From Piromyces finnis finn (lineage: Eukaryota > Fungi > Neocallimastigomycota), in the NCBI GenBank assembly GCA_002104945.1, contig MCFH01000028.1:611935-675934 (forward strand): 64,000 nt of DNA, written 5' to 3'. Numbering within the stretch: position 1 is the stretch's first letter; each line of letters opens with the position of its first letter. The notes under the pieces are model-generated. The model was not told where the DNA came from. It did no database searches and saw only the letters and a list, made by a program, of their open reading frames with translations. Of the stretch, positions 62,327 to 64,000 are shown piece by piece. The position numbers and the translations under genes are program-made.

Positions 62327-63614
62327 ATTATTATTATTATTATTATTATTATTCATTCATTCATTCATTCATTCATTTATTCATTTATTCATTTATTTAT
62401 TTATTTATTTATTTTACCTTCATCTTCTTCATTTAATGAAAGTATTTTTTTCAAATAAAATGTTGCCAATTTATTATGATTCTCGGATTTGGTATCATTT
62501 AATCTATTAATTATATAACTTAAATATTTAATACAGACATCTTTAGAGTGTTTTTCTAAATGATCGACAATGATGTCTCGTGATATTTCATCACTACTAA
62601 ATTTTTCATATGTAAATATCTTTATTATAATATTCAAAAATTCAATTAAATAAAAAGTATTAATATATAATCACTAAATTTAGGTAATAAATTTGATATT
62701 AATAATACATATTATTTTTAATTAATACAAATAAACTATTTCTTTTACCTCAAGTGATTCTTCTGGGTAATTTTTTATAACCCAAACGGAATATTCCAAT
62801 ACTAAATTAAAATCTGTTTTATTTAATTTTTGGAGATATGTTATTATATGATAGGGTCCATACATTGATTCTTCTGGTAATTCTCCTTTACTATAACAAA
62901 TTAAAATTTTAATATATATATATTAAAATTTTAGATTTAAAAGTATAATATCATTTTTAAATGAATATAGATTTTATAATGATATATTGATGTAATGAAT
63001 ATATTTACGAAATAAGAATATCTAAAGCCTTTTTATGATAATTCTTTCCTCTATATAAATCTATTAATTCAGAGTATTTCTATTGAATATAAAATTATAT
63101 ATATATACAGTTAATTTTTTATATTTTATTTTATTTCATTATCTATTGTTATTTTATGACTATTTGCTTATATATAATGAAACAAAAAAAAAAGAAATCT
63201 AAATTTTAATATATATATAAATTACATTTTGAGATTTTAAAAGAACTTCACAAACGTCCATATCACAATTATTTTGAACACGTAATAATGGTCCGACCAA
63301 TGCATCATTTATAATTATATAAACTTTGAATAAAGCAGTATCAATAATATTTGAGAGAGCTTCTACATCAGGTAGTGAAAGTTGACGATAATATACAATA
63401 GTACTTAAAGATATTTCAGATGCAGCAGCTGTTGAAAGATAGGAATTTATGGTAGAATTTGATAGTGATTTAGACATAGAAGAACGATTTTGAATTGTTA
63501 GGAGATATAATCGTTGTTTTGTCAGTCTAGAACGTTGTTCAGTTAAATAATGAATTAAATAATTTATTGATTTTAAAGTATCAAATGATTTTTCTGTTAT
63601 AATAATATTATTTC

Positions 63615-63646
<32 letters not shown>

Positions 63647-63932
63647 ATATAATTTAAACATTGTATTTTAAATCATTTAAAGTAAATAATACTTTTAAAT
63701 TTACCATCTTTATTGTCTTTACTATTTTTTAATGCAATAATTTCTTCAGTAGAATTTAGCATTGGATAAAGTTGTAATATTTCATTTGGATCTATTTCTA
63801 AACTTAAAAATATACCAAATGCACGTTCATAATCTTTTTCTTTTGTAAATAAATTTTTTGCCTCTAATGAGCGTATTCTTGTTATTTCTATTATCTATAA
63901 TAAAAAAAATTAACATAAATTTTTTAATATTT

Positions 63933-63991
<59 letters not shown>

Positions 63992-64000
63992 TTTTTTACT
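61277..64000 (-). CDS. VPS39: Vam6/Vps39 HOPS subunit, 3' part (Vps39_1, clathrin-like repeat, Vps39_2), multi-exon, starts beyond the window
   Basis: IIDTALFKVY, LVGPLLRVQNNC, GEHRKALSIY...MAEQYC and C-terminal CRKCLKRIGTSVF...HYGC. Confidence 0.85.
63934..63992. repeat. (TTTA)n microsatellite inside a VPS39 intron
   Basis: Read directly from the sequence. Confidence 0.85.

Overview
The window is very AT-rich, intron-containing eukaryotic DNA. An anaerobic gut fungus (Neocallimastigomycota) is inferred from composition, intron style and axonemal dynein genes; this was not confirmed by a search. Bases 1-34.8 kb are a nest of Ty3/gypsy LTR retrotransposons. Element A1 (chromovirus, 5'-truncated by the window) has element B inserted in its 3' LTR. 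Element C (tRNA-primed, -1 frameshift, no chromodomain) contains element D and a solo LTR; D contains E, and E contains F. An internal deletion fuses the F 5' LTR to the D pol. The chromovirus-type elements have no tRNA primer site. Instead each has a 10-11 nt PBS complementary to a sequence in its own LTR (Tf1-like self-priming), with two different primer/PBS pairs. Bases 34.8-39 kb are an AT-rich relic zone with a copia fragment and a 5'-truncated poly(A) retro-insertion flanked by a 15-bp TSD. Bases 39-64 kb hold spliced host genes: an HSF, a SET methyltransferase, WDR63/DNAI3, a PFA4-like DHHC palmitoyltransferase, a GST pseudogene, DNAI1 and the 3' part of VPS39. All calls come from manual reading and motif recognition; no database searches were run.
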